A DNA stretch of 64,000 bases from Eledone cirrhosa (lineage: Eukaryota): the NCBI GenBank assembly GCA_964016885.1, contig OZ024740.1, forward strand, positions 221,030,001 through 221,094,000, in the 5' to 3' direction. Positions 1-13,415 of this stretch are shown one piece after another (positions within the stretch are counted from its first letter, which is position 1; each line of letters starts with the position of its first letter). Position numbers and translations under genes: made by a program. Under the pieces are notes generated by a model. That model did not search any database and had not been told where the DNA came from. It worked only from the letters and a program-made list of their open reading frames with translations.

Positions 1-3000
1 TTATTTACTTCAATGAAAAGTGAGTTAAACAGAATTATTTTTGAAAAAGAATTCTTCTATCAGGAAGGTTTTGAAGCTATTTAACAAATGTCTATTATCT
101 TTTCTACAAATATATTATTTATCAACAAGTAGATGTTCCAGTAGAATCTTCCAAGAAGATTCTAAAGAAATTTTATTCACACATGAAGATGTCCCCTGGC
201 TGGTCTAGCCTCAGAAAATGACAAACCCTCTAACCTATGTAAGCATGGAAAATAGATGTTAAATGGTGGTGGTGGTGGTGGTGGTGGTGGTGACGATGAT
301 GATAATGATTCCCTTCCATTAAAATATTTGGTCTCTGAATTATACTTACCAACTAATACAGTGTAGGTCTATTGACAGTGGAGTGGATCACTCACTTAGG
401 CCTTTTTTATACCTTCCTCTAGCTGGGGTTGCATATTTCTCCACTAGAATGTAGAATTTCCCTAACTGAGATATTGTCCCCTTGTATATATCTTGACAAA
501 AGCTGATGAGGTAGAAGTTGTAGGGATCCAAGACTTTCAAAGTTTGTGACTGCTACAAACCAACCTTCCATAATATAGGGATGGAAATTTTGTTATAAAA
601 GCTTAATCCTCTAAATGAGAGCAACACCAATGAAGGTAGCATCCAGGGCTCCATTCTTTGGACATTGACCAACCTGTGTTTGGTCTGAGGCTGTCTATTT
701 TTAGCATATTTGCAGCTAAACCTCATTTCAGACGGCTGTTCCTCTATCTGGCATTTGGGAATTCAGTATAAGTACAGATTTATTTGACCCATAGACTGGG
801 ACCTTAGGTACTATCACTCTGGGCCAGAGTGGATCTGGGAGTAATGACAATAAAGGGGTGATTCCACACTCCTAAGAACTCCAAAACCAGAGCCACTGGA
901 TGGGTTACATATAGACTCAGAATTCAAATATTAGAAATTGTGAGTTAAGATATGGTATGTAATCATATGCTAATCAACATCATTGTTTGACTACAATATC
1001 AGATCACAAAATCCTCCTACATCCATTGCAGCTTTCATAATCAGTTATGATACCATGGCTAGGTGATTAGCTATGACCATCAGTTGCATTTGAATCCCCT
1101 GGAGGAAATTTGAATTCAGAATGCTAAGTAGTAGAACAGATATCATAATACATATTATCCGATGCTCTAATAATTCACAGACTGATACTTTATTTTACCA
1201 AACACCAAAAGGATGAAAGATAAAGTTGACATCAGCAGGTTTTGAAGTTAAAGTATAGAGAAGCAGAATAAATAATACAATATATTCTATCTGCCAATTC
1301 ACCACCTATTGAATTTTAATTGTAAATTGTAAATTAAATGGCTTCAGTGCTATATTTCTTCATGGACAAGAAAATGATAACCATTCATTTAATGAAATAA
1401 ATTATTCAAATTGGTTAGGGACATGAAAATAATATCTACTTCTATCTTTCGTTAAAAGATAGCAAAATAAACATCTCTAGAGATTACTTTTGATAATTGG
1501 TCTGGTAGCTTATAAGATTATATAAATAGAATTTTCATTTACACTTATTTAGAAATACGTGTTATATACCTACCATATTGGAAGAATATTCACATAGAAG
1601 CAAGAAGAAAATTAGCAAACATTATGATGCAGATAAAAATACACACAATATTGCAGAAACTATTCTTCATTGCATCAGCATGATATCATAACAATAAGAA
1701 AAAAAAGATAGACTATTTGAAATTGTCAAATATTACTTACTATATTACTATATAGTACATATCATATCATACCATACCATACCATACCATACCATACCAT
1801 CACCAATATTAACAAAATATCAATAAAAGAATGTCACTATTCCCATCACAAACATGCAACAGAGCAGAATATGCATTCATGATTTCGATGAGAACTAAAT
1901 CGAGGCAAGATCAGGTAACAATTAAAATTTAACTTGTGTTATAGAGAGGACTTTTACTTCTGAAAACACAAAATACAATTTCATCAAAGATATAAAGCAG
2001 TAGAGCTGGTGCCATGATAAAATACATCCAGTACACTCTGTGAGTGGCAGTGTTGGCACCATTATAAAATGCATTCAGTACAGTCTGTAAAGTAGTTGGC
2101 ATTAGGAAAAGCATCCAGCTGTAGAAACCATACCAAAAATGGAACGTATCAACAAGACGTGGTCTTCCAGCCTGTTTGGTCATAGACCATGAAGACCTGT
2201 CTAACTCATGCCAGCATGGAAAGCAGACGGATGATGATGATGATGATAATGATATACAAATAAGCGTTTCTGTTCTGTGTAAGTTAAAACAGACAATCAT
2301 CATCACCGTACATCAATTTTTCAAAGATGGCATGGGTCGGATGGGTCCTTACAGGTCAAATTAGTATTAATTAGAGCTACTGTCCTTCTAAACAGATCAG
2401 GGGACCATGTCACTTAATATATTTCATTTCTCAGATGGCTTTTAATAGCTAGATGCCTGTCTTAACAGCAAGTACTTTACAAAGTGTACTGGGTACATTT
2501 TACTGTGGCACTAGCATTAAAAAAGTTGTCATGCTCTTGATGTGGTTGAAGAGCTCTCTTGGCCCTTTTGGCATGGTTTCTACAGTTGGGTGCCCTTCCT
2601 AACACCAAATTTTGCAAGATTTAGTTCTCATAAAAGAAATAAATAAAAAGAAATTAATTTTATAAAAACAATTTTTGCAAACGCTTTTCAAAAATTTGTA
2701 AAAAAGAATGAATGAATAATAGGTAGGTAGAGATGTATTTAATGTCATATGCAAAAAATAAAAATAAAAATAAAAATAAATTTCAATGAAGTGAAATGTG
2801 CCTCTTAGTTGGAGAAAGAAAATAAAAACTTAGAGGCAATTGTTAAGGCCTATGAAATAAGAGGAATAATTTCAAAAATTTAGGAATTAATTTCACAGGA
2901 AAATTTGTCTCCATTTCACATACACACACAAAAAAAAAAGATGCGCATAAGCAGACAAAAATCACAAACAATCGTTCAACTTGCCAAGTACTTGTATGCA

Positions 3001-3583
3001 AATAGGGAAAAGATCTTAGGCAGAACAGCAATGCAATGTTGTAAAAATAGGGGATCCAATATTTAAATTTTAATCTCATTCTTTTACTGGTTTCAGTCAT
3101 TGAACTGAGGCCATGCTACAGCACTGCCTTGACATCTTTAGTCAATCATAGTGACCCTAGTACTTACTTTTTTTAAAAGTCTGGTATTTATTTTATTGAT
3201 CTCTATTTGTCGAACTGTTATTGGAAATACAGACATGGATTCAAACACACACACATACGATGGGTTTCCTTACAGTTCTGTCTACTAAATTTGACTCACA
3301 ATCATTGATCAACCCAAGGTTATAGTAGATATTTTCTTGGAGGGGGATATGTAGTGAGACTGAATCTGAAACGATATGGTTCTTAAGCAAACTTCTTTAC
3401 TACACAGCTATATTTAAACGTTTTATTTTTCTATAAATTGATCCAACATTAATTTAAGTGTGATAATATAATTTTAATTTGATGTTCGTTAACTTCCCTT
3501 GAAATTATTATTGATTACTTTGGACTAAGTAATCAATAGTATTTTAGGCCATTTAATTAGCATTAGTATATTGCTGATACGTA

Positions 3584-3779
3584 CTGTATATACTTGAATA
3601 TAAGCTGACCCCTCCCTATTTTATGTAAGAGAAATGGGCATAAATCCACACCACATTTATAAACCAAGGCAACTAATCAACACCTTGTTTAGATGGTGTA
3701 TATAAGCTGACTACGACCACCATTTTACCATCGATTTTTTTGGTCACATATTCCTTGGCTTATATTTGAGTATATACAG
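3584..3779. mobile_element. Tc1/mariner-pogo (Tc2-like) MITE
   Basis: TA TSD; TIRs ctgtatatacttgaatataagc / gcttatatttgagtatatacag. Confidence 0.85.
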
Positions 3780-4569
3780 TATTTGATTGAATTTGAAAAG
3801 ATGAATGGCAATGTAAAATTTACAAAGTTTGAACACACACTAGAGAAAAGAAACACAGTATCTTAATGCTATTTAATACTTAACATCCTGTAATGATATA
3901 GCAGAAAATGTCTAAAAAACATGTTTGTTAATTTAAATCCCTTTTAATGTAATGTCAACTTGCCTTTTGCCCTACATGAGATTAATTAAATAATTACCAG
4001 ACAAAATACTAAGGTTAATATAATCAAACAAACTCTTGAAGGCAGTACCATATATATATATTATATATATATGTCTGTGAGTGTATGCAAGGACTCTTTA
4101 GCTTCAGGGAGAGAAAATGAACATTAATGAATAATAAAGAGAGAAAAAAAAAAAAACTAGTGAGAGGTGAAAACATGGATGTGTATGTATGTTTGTGTGC
4201 GCATGCTTGCGCATGTGTTGAGTTTTAATGCATATGTGATGACATGTGCAAAGTATTAAGCCAAATATAAAAAAAGAAAAAATTGATTTGCAAAAGCAGG
4301 TATAACATTCACAAAAAAATGAAATAGATAATAATAATAATAATAATAGAATCAAGACAATTTTAACATTTTGCGAGGCACCATTTGAATGAATATTAAC
4401 AGCAATGACAATGAAGCTTGGGTTAATAATTTGGAATCACATTAAAATTAAAGAGAGAAATAAAAAAAAAAAAAACAATATCAACAAAGAATTTCTGGAA
4501 ATATATAAAAACCCTGTATGATATAATTCTTTGAATAAAGTAAAAAAAAAAAAAAAGAAGTTTTAAATA

Positions 4570-5035
4570 CAGTAAACCCTCAGTTTAATGAACCCTATTT
4601 TAAATTTGGATTAACAGACCAAATAATAATACAATACTGTACTACCAATATGATCCCAGCAAAATACTCTTCAACTACACTGTCAAAATGAAGTCGTGAA
4701 CTCGTGTACATTGTATTAAGCATATTTTTACAAAAACAACAGAAATGATCTCTAGGTCGTCTTCAATTTAATGAATTGTCAGCATTTAAAAAAAAATTAA
4801 TTAATTAAGAATTTTGAAGGATTAACTAAAATTATTATTTCATTATGAGATAAGATGATATTTGCAACAGAACAAATGGTTCTTATATATTTTGGATGGT
4901 TTTAATTTAAAATGGAACCTTTTAAAAGGGGTGATTTATTTCATAGAAACAGAGATGGTTTTTGAGCAAGTTGGTGTCAAGAGATTAACAATCACACCTC
5001 TTACCCTATTTGTCCATTAAATCAATGGTTTACTG
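4570..5035. mobile_element. Tigger/pogo-like MITE with a nested TTAA-type MITE remnant
   Basis: TA TSD; cagtaaaccctcagtttaatg / cattaaatcaatggtttactg. Confidence 0.65.
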
Positions 5036-5179
5036 TATTCCTACTTTTTTAGATAATTAAAGTAAGTCAAATAACTGACCCAACTAGGATCTTATGGTAA
5101 TTACATTAACATTAATTACTTTCTTTCAATCTAATTAGAATGAAGGTGTAGATGGATTCATATACGTTTATGCTAGAAT

Positions 5180-5366
5180 TGTTTCTACTTTTGGCACAAG
5201 GCCAACAATTATCCCAGTGCATTACTGGTGCTTTATTTTATCGACCCCGTAAGGATGAAAGGCAAAGTTAACCTTGGTGGGATTTGAACTTAGACTGTAA
5301 AGGAGTCTAACTATATTGCAAAGTATGGCGTCCAACCCTCTACTGATACTGCCAACCCACTGCCCT
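5180..5366 (-). mobile_element. tRNA-headed SINE with Nin/Deu-like domain (family A)
   Basis: Box A tggcagtatc, box B aagttcaaatcc, core gcctttcatcctt..ggggtcgataaa; TSD tttatgcta(g/t)aat. Confidence 0.85.
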
Positions 5367-8300
5367 AATTTATGCTATAATTAATATATATTTAGTTTTG
5401 CTGGGATATGATCGCAAATTAAATATTCAGTATTCTGAATCACAGTGTATTGGTATTATTGCTAATCAATCTGATTAGATACATAAATTGAACCAGCTTG
5501 TAATGAGAAATTAATATAGAGAAAAGATAAGATGCAGAAGAGAAAAGAAGAAGAAAGGATGTTGGTTTTTGCTGTTGTTTAGTTCTAAATCAGCCATAAA
5601 TCTATTTTTTTCTATTATAAGACGTTTCAGCTGTGCTCATACGGTCAATTATTATTCAGACATAATATTTCTAGAACTACACTATCTAATGTTCACTTCC
5701 TCTTTTAAGACAGTAGGATGTAAATTAAAAGAGATTTGACAGTAATTTCTAGACACGTGAACAACCATATAGAAAAGGGATCAGCAATGTCTTTTATAAT
5801 GGACTACCTTTGAATACATTTAGTTTTACTCATGGCCCATACCCATATTATATCATATGTAACTTACATATAACATAAAAAATTAAAGATGTCCGAGGTC
5901 CACAGAGAACACTACAATGGCCGATTTCTGAGCCATGCCCCACCTTTTGGTGATCCCTGTACAGAGGCTCACAAGGAAGAGATAAGGTATCAATATATTT
6001 CTGAGATATTAACTTTATTATAGCTTTATCTTTATGTTAGTAATGTCACTTTCTGAGTAATCTTAAGAATCTTGGTTATAAGGAGAGAGAGAAAGATAGA
6101 GATAGGGGGCAAGGGATGGAGTAAGAATAAGGTACCAAAGTGGTGTATTTAGGAATTAAAAATCAGGTTTAAACAACAGGAGGTATGACACAAAACTGTG
6201 CACAGCTTGCAAGATATTTGAAAATGAGGAGAATGTTAGTGATTCATATTTGATTCAATAGATGATAAATTGAATAGAAAGGATAAAATGTAGCCCTGTC
6301 ATTTAATGGAATTCATTTTATGCTGTTATTACAGAGAGAGGGGGAAAGAGAAAGAGAGAGAGAGAGATAGAGAGAAGAGCAATTATAGAGACAGTTTCAA
6401 GTATCACTTCAACAAGCAGAGGTTTCAATTTACATAGGCGATTTATCATTAAATGGAATATAGTGTTAAAGAGTGATATGAATGAGATGGAAAATAGCAT
6501 AGTGTCAGAAATGATTAACACTGATTTTGATCTTAGAATCGATGGGGGTATTTGACTGAAAAACTAATGCAAACTAGTGAATGCTACACTTCAAATATAG
6601 GTAGCTAGTGATATTGGAGTTTTATTTATTGTCATTCAGTATGTTTATCAAAGTGATCTAGTGTTAATCAGGTTAAATTGTGTATTTTCTCAAAAGATTC
6701 ATCTATCTTGTTTCATTTTTGGCTAGTGATAACTCAAAGGAATCATGAGGTTCCATGTTCAATTCCACTATGTTGTTGGCAAGTGTATTTAACTATAGCC
6801 TTTAATCGACCCAAGTCTGTAAATAAAACTGGGCAGACAGAAACTGCTTGGAAGCTTGTTGGATGGACTGTATCTATAATTCGAATGACCAACCCTTTCA
6901 TACTCTGTGCCATGCAGATTCCATTTGAGAATTACATTAAGGGTACACATCTCTGTGGAATAATCAACTACTTACATGATAATGCAAGATGGATTGCACT
7001 TGTAATTGAAAGGACTAACCTTATTACACACTATGAAATGCTGAAACTTCCTGATTGTGGAATATTCAGCCACTTACATGTTAATATAATAAGTGGGGTG
7101 TTCCATTTATCAAACAACTGGAACACTCACCATTGAATCCAATGGAGGTCCATTTAACTTGACTAAAAATCAAAGAAACTATTATTAACCTTTTATATAA
7201 ATATTTCAAGATGGAATTTTTTTCAATAAATTTTTTTTACAGAAATATTTTTATCAATTTCATTAAAACTCAATTCTGAGCAGTTAGGGAAATAACATTT
7301 GATATTTAAATGACATTTAACTGAATATTTTCAAGAAAAACATCTTGGTCTGTTAAAAAAAAGACCAGAAAATCAAATAAGTTATTAGCACAGAAGAATA
7401 TGAGTCAAGTTGCATTGCCTCATGGTTGGGCTGATGAATTCATGAGTGTAAACTTATGGGTTTGATTCCTGGAGTGGACAATGTATTGTGTTCTTTATTT
7501 CAAATAGCTCCAGTTCATTCAGATAGAAATGAGTGTCAGCAGCATCCTATCCAACAGGATGTTTTCTAGTTTGAGTCACTTAACACCATATGAAATTAGG
7601 ATATACTCTGGCCTGATGGACCCCTAGGCTTGAGACTTTAACTTTGACAGAAGATTAAATATATATTATTTTTTAAAGAAGTATATTGTACTGAACCATT
7701 GAATATTTTTTACTGAACTTTAATTAAATATCCAAACTGGATTTTTAAAAGTTTAGACACCGAGTGCTTATTATTTCATATCTTCCTTATTTTTATTAAA
7801 TAATAGGTCAGAAATGCATGAGGGAGAATGGTTACTATAGCGAGCCTGCGCATGTGTTTTGCGATAAAAGAATACTTCTATTGTTTGTTTTTGTTTTGTT
7901 TTGTTTTGGACTGTTTCAGCTTTGCACCTGAAAAGAGGGTAATAACCCTGAAATATCATGCTAAAATACATTGGGTAAAATATTACTTTGTTTTGTTTTT
8001 GTTTTATTTTTTCTATTGCATTACCAGCTTTTGAAAATTTTTTTGTCTTTTACTAAATAATATATTTTTTTAAAGTTGGGGAATTGCTAAAATACAGAAG
8101 AACTTAGTTTATGAATGTACATATATTATTATCATAAGACATGTTGCTATTTGAGTATTAGTTGTTAAGATATTATTTATAAATAGAAAAGATAAGAATT
8201 ATTGTGTGCAAATTCCAAGAATAAAAAAGTATAAAATAGTTTTGATATTAAATTAATTTAGTAGTATATATTTTCCTTAATTTAATATTGCTATCATTTT

Positions 8301-11139
8301 AAACCAATGTAATGGTTATCTTGGATAAATGTTATTCTGGGAATAGTAACGATACTTATCTATTTAGTTGCTATTTGTTGTTTAAGTTGTTTATCTAAGC
8401 AAACAATAATTCTTAGTTGGTTAAAATATTTATATTGCATGTGATTCCAATCTTTTAATTGGTTAGTTAATATTTGTGCTTCCAGAAAGAAGGAACAATG
8501 AAATTACCATAAACAACCATGTAATCACCCACTATTGGAGTCCAGCAAATTGGGATCATGAAAAAGAAACATAAAAAGGAAAAGCAAATGAATGATTTAT
8601 ACTTCAATTAACAGCAGGTTGTGTGGGCACCCCAACAGGTAGTGAGCACTTTTTTGGTAATTAGAGAGCACTACAGTAGATAGCAGAACTCTCCAGCATA
8701 CAGGTAGGTACTAGAGCAAGTAATACCTAACTGGCTAAAATTTTGTCTGGTGCCATGCAAAAGGAAACTGAAACATTTGAAATAAAGCAAAAATGATAAC
8801 TTTGACCAACAGGAACAGTAAAAATAGATCAGGATAAAACAGATTCTTTTCTATTTAAGATATCATTCATATTAAAAGCAAAAACACTTCAAGAAGAAAA
8901 AACAAGGTAAATTAAAGTGTAATAGGGAACGGAAAAGCAAAAACCAAAAGAAATGGAATCAATAAAAAAAAAAAGAAAACAAAAGTGAAAAAAAATCTTC
9001 ATTTCTGAAAGATGAAAAACAAAAATAAAAAAAATAGTAAATCTTTCAAAAGGGTTCAAGCTGCTAAATAAAACAGGTGCATAGATTAACAAATACCAAA
9101 ATGAAGGGGTCATAGTGAAAGTAAGATATTAAGACCGTTAATAATTGAAACAGCAAAGTGGGGAGGGTAGAATCATTTGAATCAATGTATCAAAGCTGAA
9201 GTTAGTCTATTTTAGACAGGAACACTAGCATCTGCCAACTTCTGTTCAATGTTTTCAATGATTATGTCTTTTCTCATCTCCCAGGAGAGCTGTTGATTTA
9301 TGGTAGATATAGTAGCAGTAGTACCTAACACTAAAATAAACATAGTTACTTTAAATAATCTCAAAGAAGTTCCAGATTATCATCCTCATGACCAAAAATT
9401 TTAATGACAAAGATACTAAAATAATGAAATTGCTTTCCTCCATAATAACATTTGACCCCTGTTTAATCAATATCTCATTTCCCCTGAATCCTCTAGTTCT
9501 TCATGTCAGCTAATTACTGAAAGCTCCAACAGTTTTAAGCTATCTTTGGCAGCAAGTGTGTTTCATTTGTGAACCATCCAACAGAGCTAAGTGGATGAGT
9601 GAAACTATTTTTTAAGTATGTCAATTCACACCCTTTACGGAGCCAAAGCTCACAACTCCAAACCATTATAAGCAAACAATACTGCTTACAAACACCTGTA
9701 GGAAGTCTCCAATCACTATCAAATGAGAATCCATCACTCTAATACCAGGAAAGTAAAAGATGTTTTTGCACAATGCATCATAACCTGAAGTTCTACCATC
9801 TTTCAAATTGCAGCTGCCAGGCGGCTAAATTTGCATCTAAAGCATAAGGTTTCTTTTTTAGTATGCACAGTTTCCTCTCTCTCTCTTATGCACTGTTTCC
9901 TATGATTATATGAATTTTCATGCTTCATTCTCTCTGGCTTATGTCTCATTTTCCCTATGCATCACATACTCCACAGATGCTCCTTCAGTTTTCGAACTAC
10001 AACCCTCTAGATTTCCCTCTTCATAAATGTTTCCTCTAACTGTCAACCAATGGAAGTTCAAATTGAACAGCAGCTATAAAAATCTTATTCTGGGAGCATT
10101 TACAAAGATCACAAGTGATGCTCATCTGCCCCTCATTAACCAAATACGTTTATTACCAATTTGATTGAAACAGCCTCTGGTTCCACACTACTAAGCTGTT
10201 TATTTTAAAGTGTTTGTATTTATCTAAAAACCTGCCATCATAATTCTAAATAAAAACCTTTGTCAATCTATTCCAAACACCAGCTTAATAATAAGAAAGT
10301 TATTATTGGTAAATCTTTCCAAATTCTTGATTATTTCAAAATTATAAGCAGTGTCATTCAATAGAAACATGGTAATAATGGGGTTTTAAAAATCATCCAA
10401 TATAAACCTTTTAATTACCATATTTCCAATGTTTCAATTAATTTTGAAAATAAATAAACATTTGAAGGAATTCAATAAAATAACTAAGTTTCTCATTAGT
10501 AAGCTGATATTTAGAACATTACTTAACAAAAATTTCTTAAATACGATTATGATGGAATGTTTTAAAGATAAACATTTTAAGATGAGGAGTTTTGTTTCAT
10601 AAATCCAGGCCAATTTCTGGCTGGTTGGAATCAAAAGAGTTAAGTATTCTGGAATTTTAACTGTAACATTGACAAGGAGATGGATAATGTGTTGTAACAT
10701 GTTTTATGTAGAGACCTGGACAATCGGAGGGAAAGTGATGTTCTTAGTTTCCAATCTAGACATTACTGCTGCCTTTCCTTCATATGCAGATGAAGATGAA
10801 ATAAACTTTTATTCTAACATCAGTGTCATTAGTTCAATGACCTACTAATAAGCTGTTTTATTTATAAGCTGAAAAAATGAGGATACTGATAGCATATCTA
10901 GATCTCCTGGAAGTGATAAAAAATTTAATCTAGTAATTCATTTACATTAAATTATTGACAGATTGTAATCAATACTCCTGTCTAAATAAGAGATTATTTC
11001 AAATTAACAAAAAAAAACAAAACAACAAACAAACAAAAACAGAAAACAACTCCATTTAAATACTGGTTTGTTTTAGAGGGAAGCCATTGTCTTTGTGTCG
11101 GTCCTCTTATATAGAGGACAGACACAACACCTAACTCAC

Positions 11140-11193
11140 CATATTTATTTGAAAATATTGGATTTGGAGTTTCTTCATCATCAAAAGGATCCA
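11140..11193 (-). CDS. Candidate 54-nt internal coding exon (phase 1-1) of an unidentified host gene: (M)DPFDDEETPNPIFSNKY
   Basis: Minus strand: acceptor ttttttcatttcag|TGGATCC, donor AAATATG|gtgagt. Length divisible by 3, open frame, repeat-free context. Confidence 0.7.
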
Positions 11194-11660
11194 CTGAAAT
11201 GAAAAAAAAGGTATTGGCTGGTCTTTTAATCATCATTTCTTCTGAATATCTGCTGTAACTATAACAGGACTATTTCTCTTTTTGCAAATAAAGAAAACAG
11301 GTGAGATAATATATATATATAAACAAAAAACATTAAGATTAGATACATATTATTTTCAGAATCTGTTGAAAATGAATCAAAACATGATGAACAGTCTATT
11401 ATTTCTAAAGTTTCAAAGGAAAATAAATATTACCAATTTCAGTATTTGTCTTCAAACATATTTCTAACAAAGCATTTCATTTTGAGGTCTATAGAGTGAA
11501 TTGTGAATACAAAAAATATATGTTTTTCAATATATGTCTTTTATAGAGTTAGTAGTGATATATACAAAAATAAATGCTTATTTCTAAATAAAATTGTGTA
11601 AGATTTTCAAGCAAAGGGTAAAATATCTTTGCTTCATGCCTTGTTTAACCTACAGCATAC

Positions 11661-11696
11661 TGTCGGCGACAAATTGCGACAATAGAGTAATCTCCC
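11661..11696 (-). CDS. Candidate 36-nt small exon (phase 1-1): (G)EITLLSQFVAD
   Basis: Minus strand: tgcattatgtattaag|GGGAGA...CCGACA|gtatgc. CpG-rich against a CpG-poor background. Splices in frame to 11140-11193 (A+TG = Met). The AAG acceptor is weak. Confidence 0.45.
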
Positions 11697-13246
11697 CTTA
11701 ATACATAATGCAGTGTCATGGAAAGCAATTCATTAAAATAATTCTGTGTGCTGAAGATTAAGTTGAGCAGTGGTAAATATTTTCTATATATTAAACAAAG
11801 GGAGTTGAACAAGAAATTATGATGGTACATATAACATCATCATCATTCTTGAGGTCTGCTTTTCCATGCTGACTTATAGCATGGGATTTATCCAACTTGA
11901 ATTTGATGACTGGATGCCATTCCTGACGTCAGCCCTCACTTGTTTTTAAAGTCAGGTATCTTCACACATCTAACTGCTGAGCAATGGGACTTCTGTTTAT
12001 GCTAGACATAAATAAACATCACCTCCTTCATTAGTGATTTCAAATGTGAAGTGAAGAGACAGATATACACTCACATACATATATATACAACAGGCTTCAT
12101 ACAGTTTCCTTGTGCCAATTTTACAAAGCATAGGTCAGCCTGAGGCTTTAGTAAATGACCATTTTGCAAAGGTGTCATACAGTGCATTAAAACTCCAAAC
12201 TACAAAAATATGTCTGTGCTTAGTGTAGAAAAGAAGAATGTTATATTAATTTGATAATGTTTATTGGAATGGATCTCTATTGGTTTTGATGATGTGATGA
12301 GTGTTTCAATTCTTTGATCAATCGAACAGCCAGCTTACGAAATTAACATGTAAGTGGCTGAGCATTCCACATACATGTGCTTTTAATGTTGTTTTCAGGG
12401 ATATTCAGCATGACAATGTACGACAAGGCTGGCCCTTGAATTATAGGTACAATCCATCTGACGGGCATCCAAAGTATTTCCATCTACCCAGTTTCACTCA
12501 CAAGGCATGGGTTGACTGGAAGCTATGGGAAATGACGCTTGCTCCAGATGCCATGCAGTGGGATTGAACTCGGGACTTAATGATTGGAAAGAGAACTCGG
12601 GACTTAATGATTGGAAAGAGAACTCCTTAGCCATTCAACAATGTTGCATCCGCTTTGAATATATAATTACACAACTGACAAAAATGGTGAGGATTTCATA
12701 GCCAATAATAATGTAGCATTATATTTTAGAGCCAATGATGTAACTAGATTGTTGTATTGTAAAATAGGTATGATGCACTTGTAAGTGAATCTCTTCACTA
12801 AGTAAAACAAGAAAGAGGATTCTTCGTATTTTAAACATTGAGGAAATATACTTTATCATATATTAAGATATTTGCTGCTCAGGAAATGCATTCTTTTATC
12901 CACTCAGACAACTGAAATATGTTATCAAGAATTCTAGTCAAAAGAATAGCTATAGAAAAAGAAAAAAAATCATAGACAGAACATTCTAGAATAGATAAAA
13001 TTGCAATAAATGGAATAAATTTATCTTGAATAAATGCAGGCATGGCTGAACTGATAAGAAGTTTGCTTCACAGAGACATAGTTTGGGGTTTGATTCCATT
13101 TTGCGACACCTTGGGTGAATGTATTCTACTATAAGTCTCAAACTGATCAATGCATCTTTAATGTAATTTGGTCATAGGAAACTGTGAGGAAGACTGTCGT
13201 GTGTGTGTGTGTATTTTCCTGCATCTTCATTTCACCACTGTTTAAA

Positions 13247-13415
13247 CCCCTTTGTTACCAAAATTTACTGCCTATGTGCATCAATTAATTTTGAAAATTT
13301 TGAAGAACTCAATGAGATAACTAACCTTTTCATTAATAAGGATTTAATATAAGTATTAACGTTTTAAAATGGGCAGTCTTGTATCATAAATCCAGGCAGG
13401 TTGGTATCAAAAGGG
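13247..13415. mobile_element. piggyBac-like MITE (related copies near 10140-10650, 15545-16170, 16740-17000, 17420-17660, 28150-28655, 47520-47760, 48280-48465)
   Basis: cccctttgttacca...tggtatcaaaaggg|ttaa termini. Confidence 0.65.

Noticed and set aside
344-370. Possible 3-nt microexon (tag|TTG|gtaagt, minus)
   Set aside because: Good donor but no polypyrimidine tract; cannot be told from chance.
8727-9030. Strong minus-strand acceptors near 8768 and 9005
   Set aside because: Downstream sequence has early stops or low complexity and no supported frame.
9200-10130. Possible decayed CR1/L2-type LINE
   Set aside because: Only vague motif similarity by eye; not supportable without a search.
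12567-12620. 27-bp perfect tandem duplication
   Set aside because: Ordinary slippage inside a SINE head.
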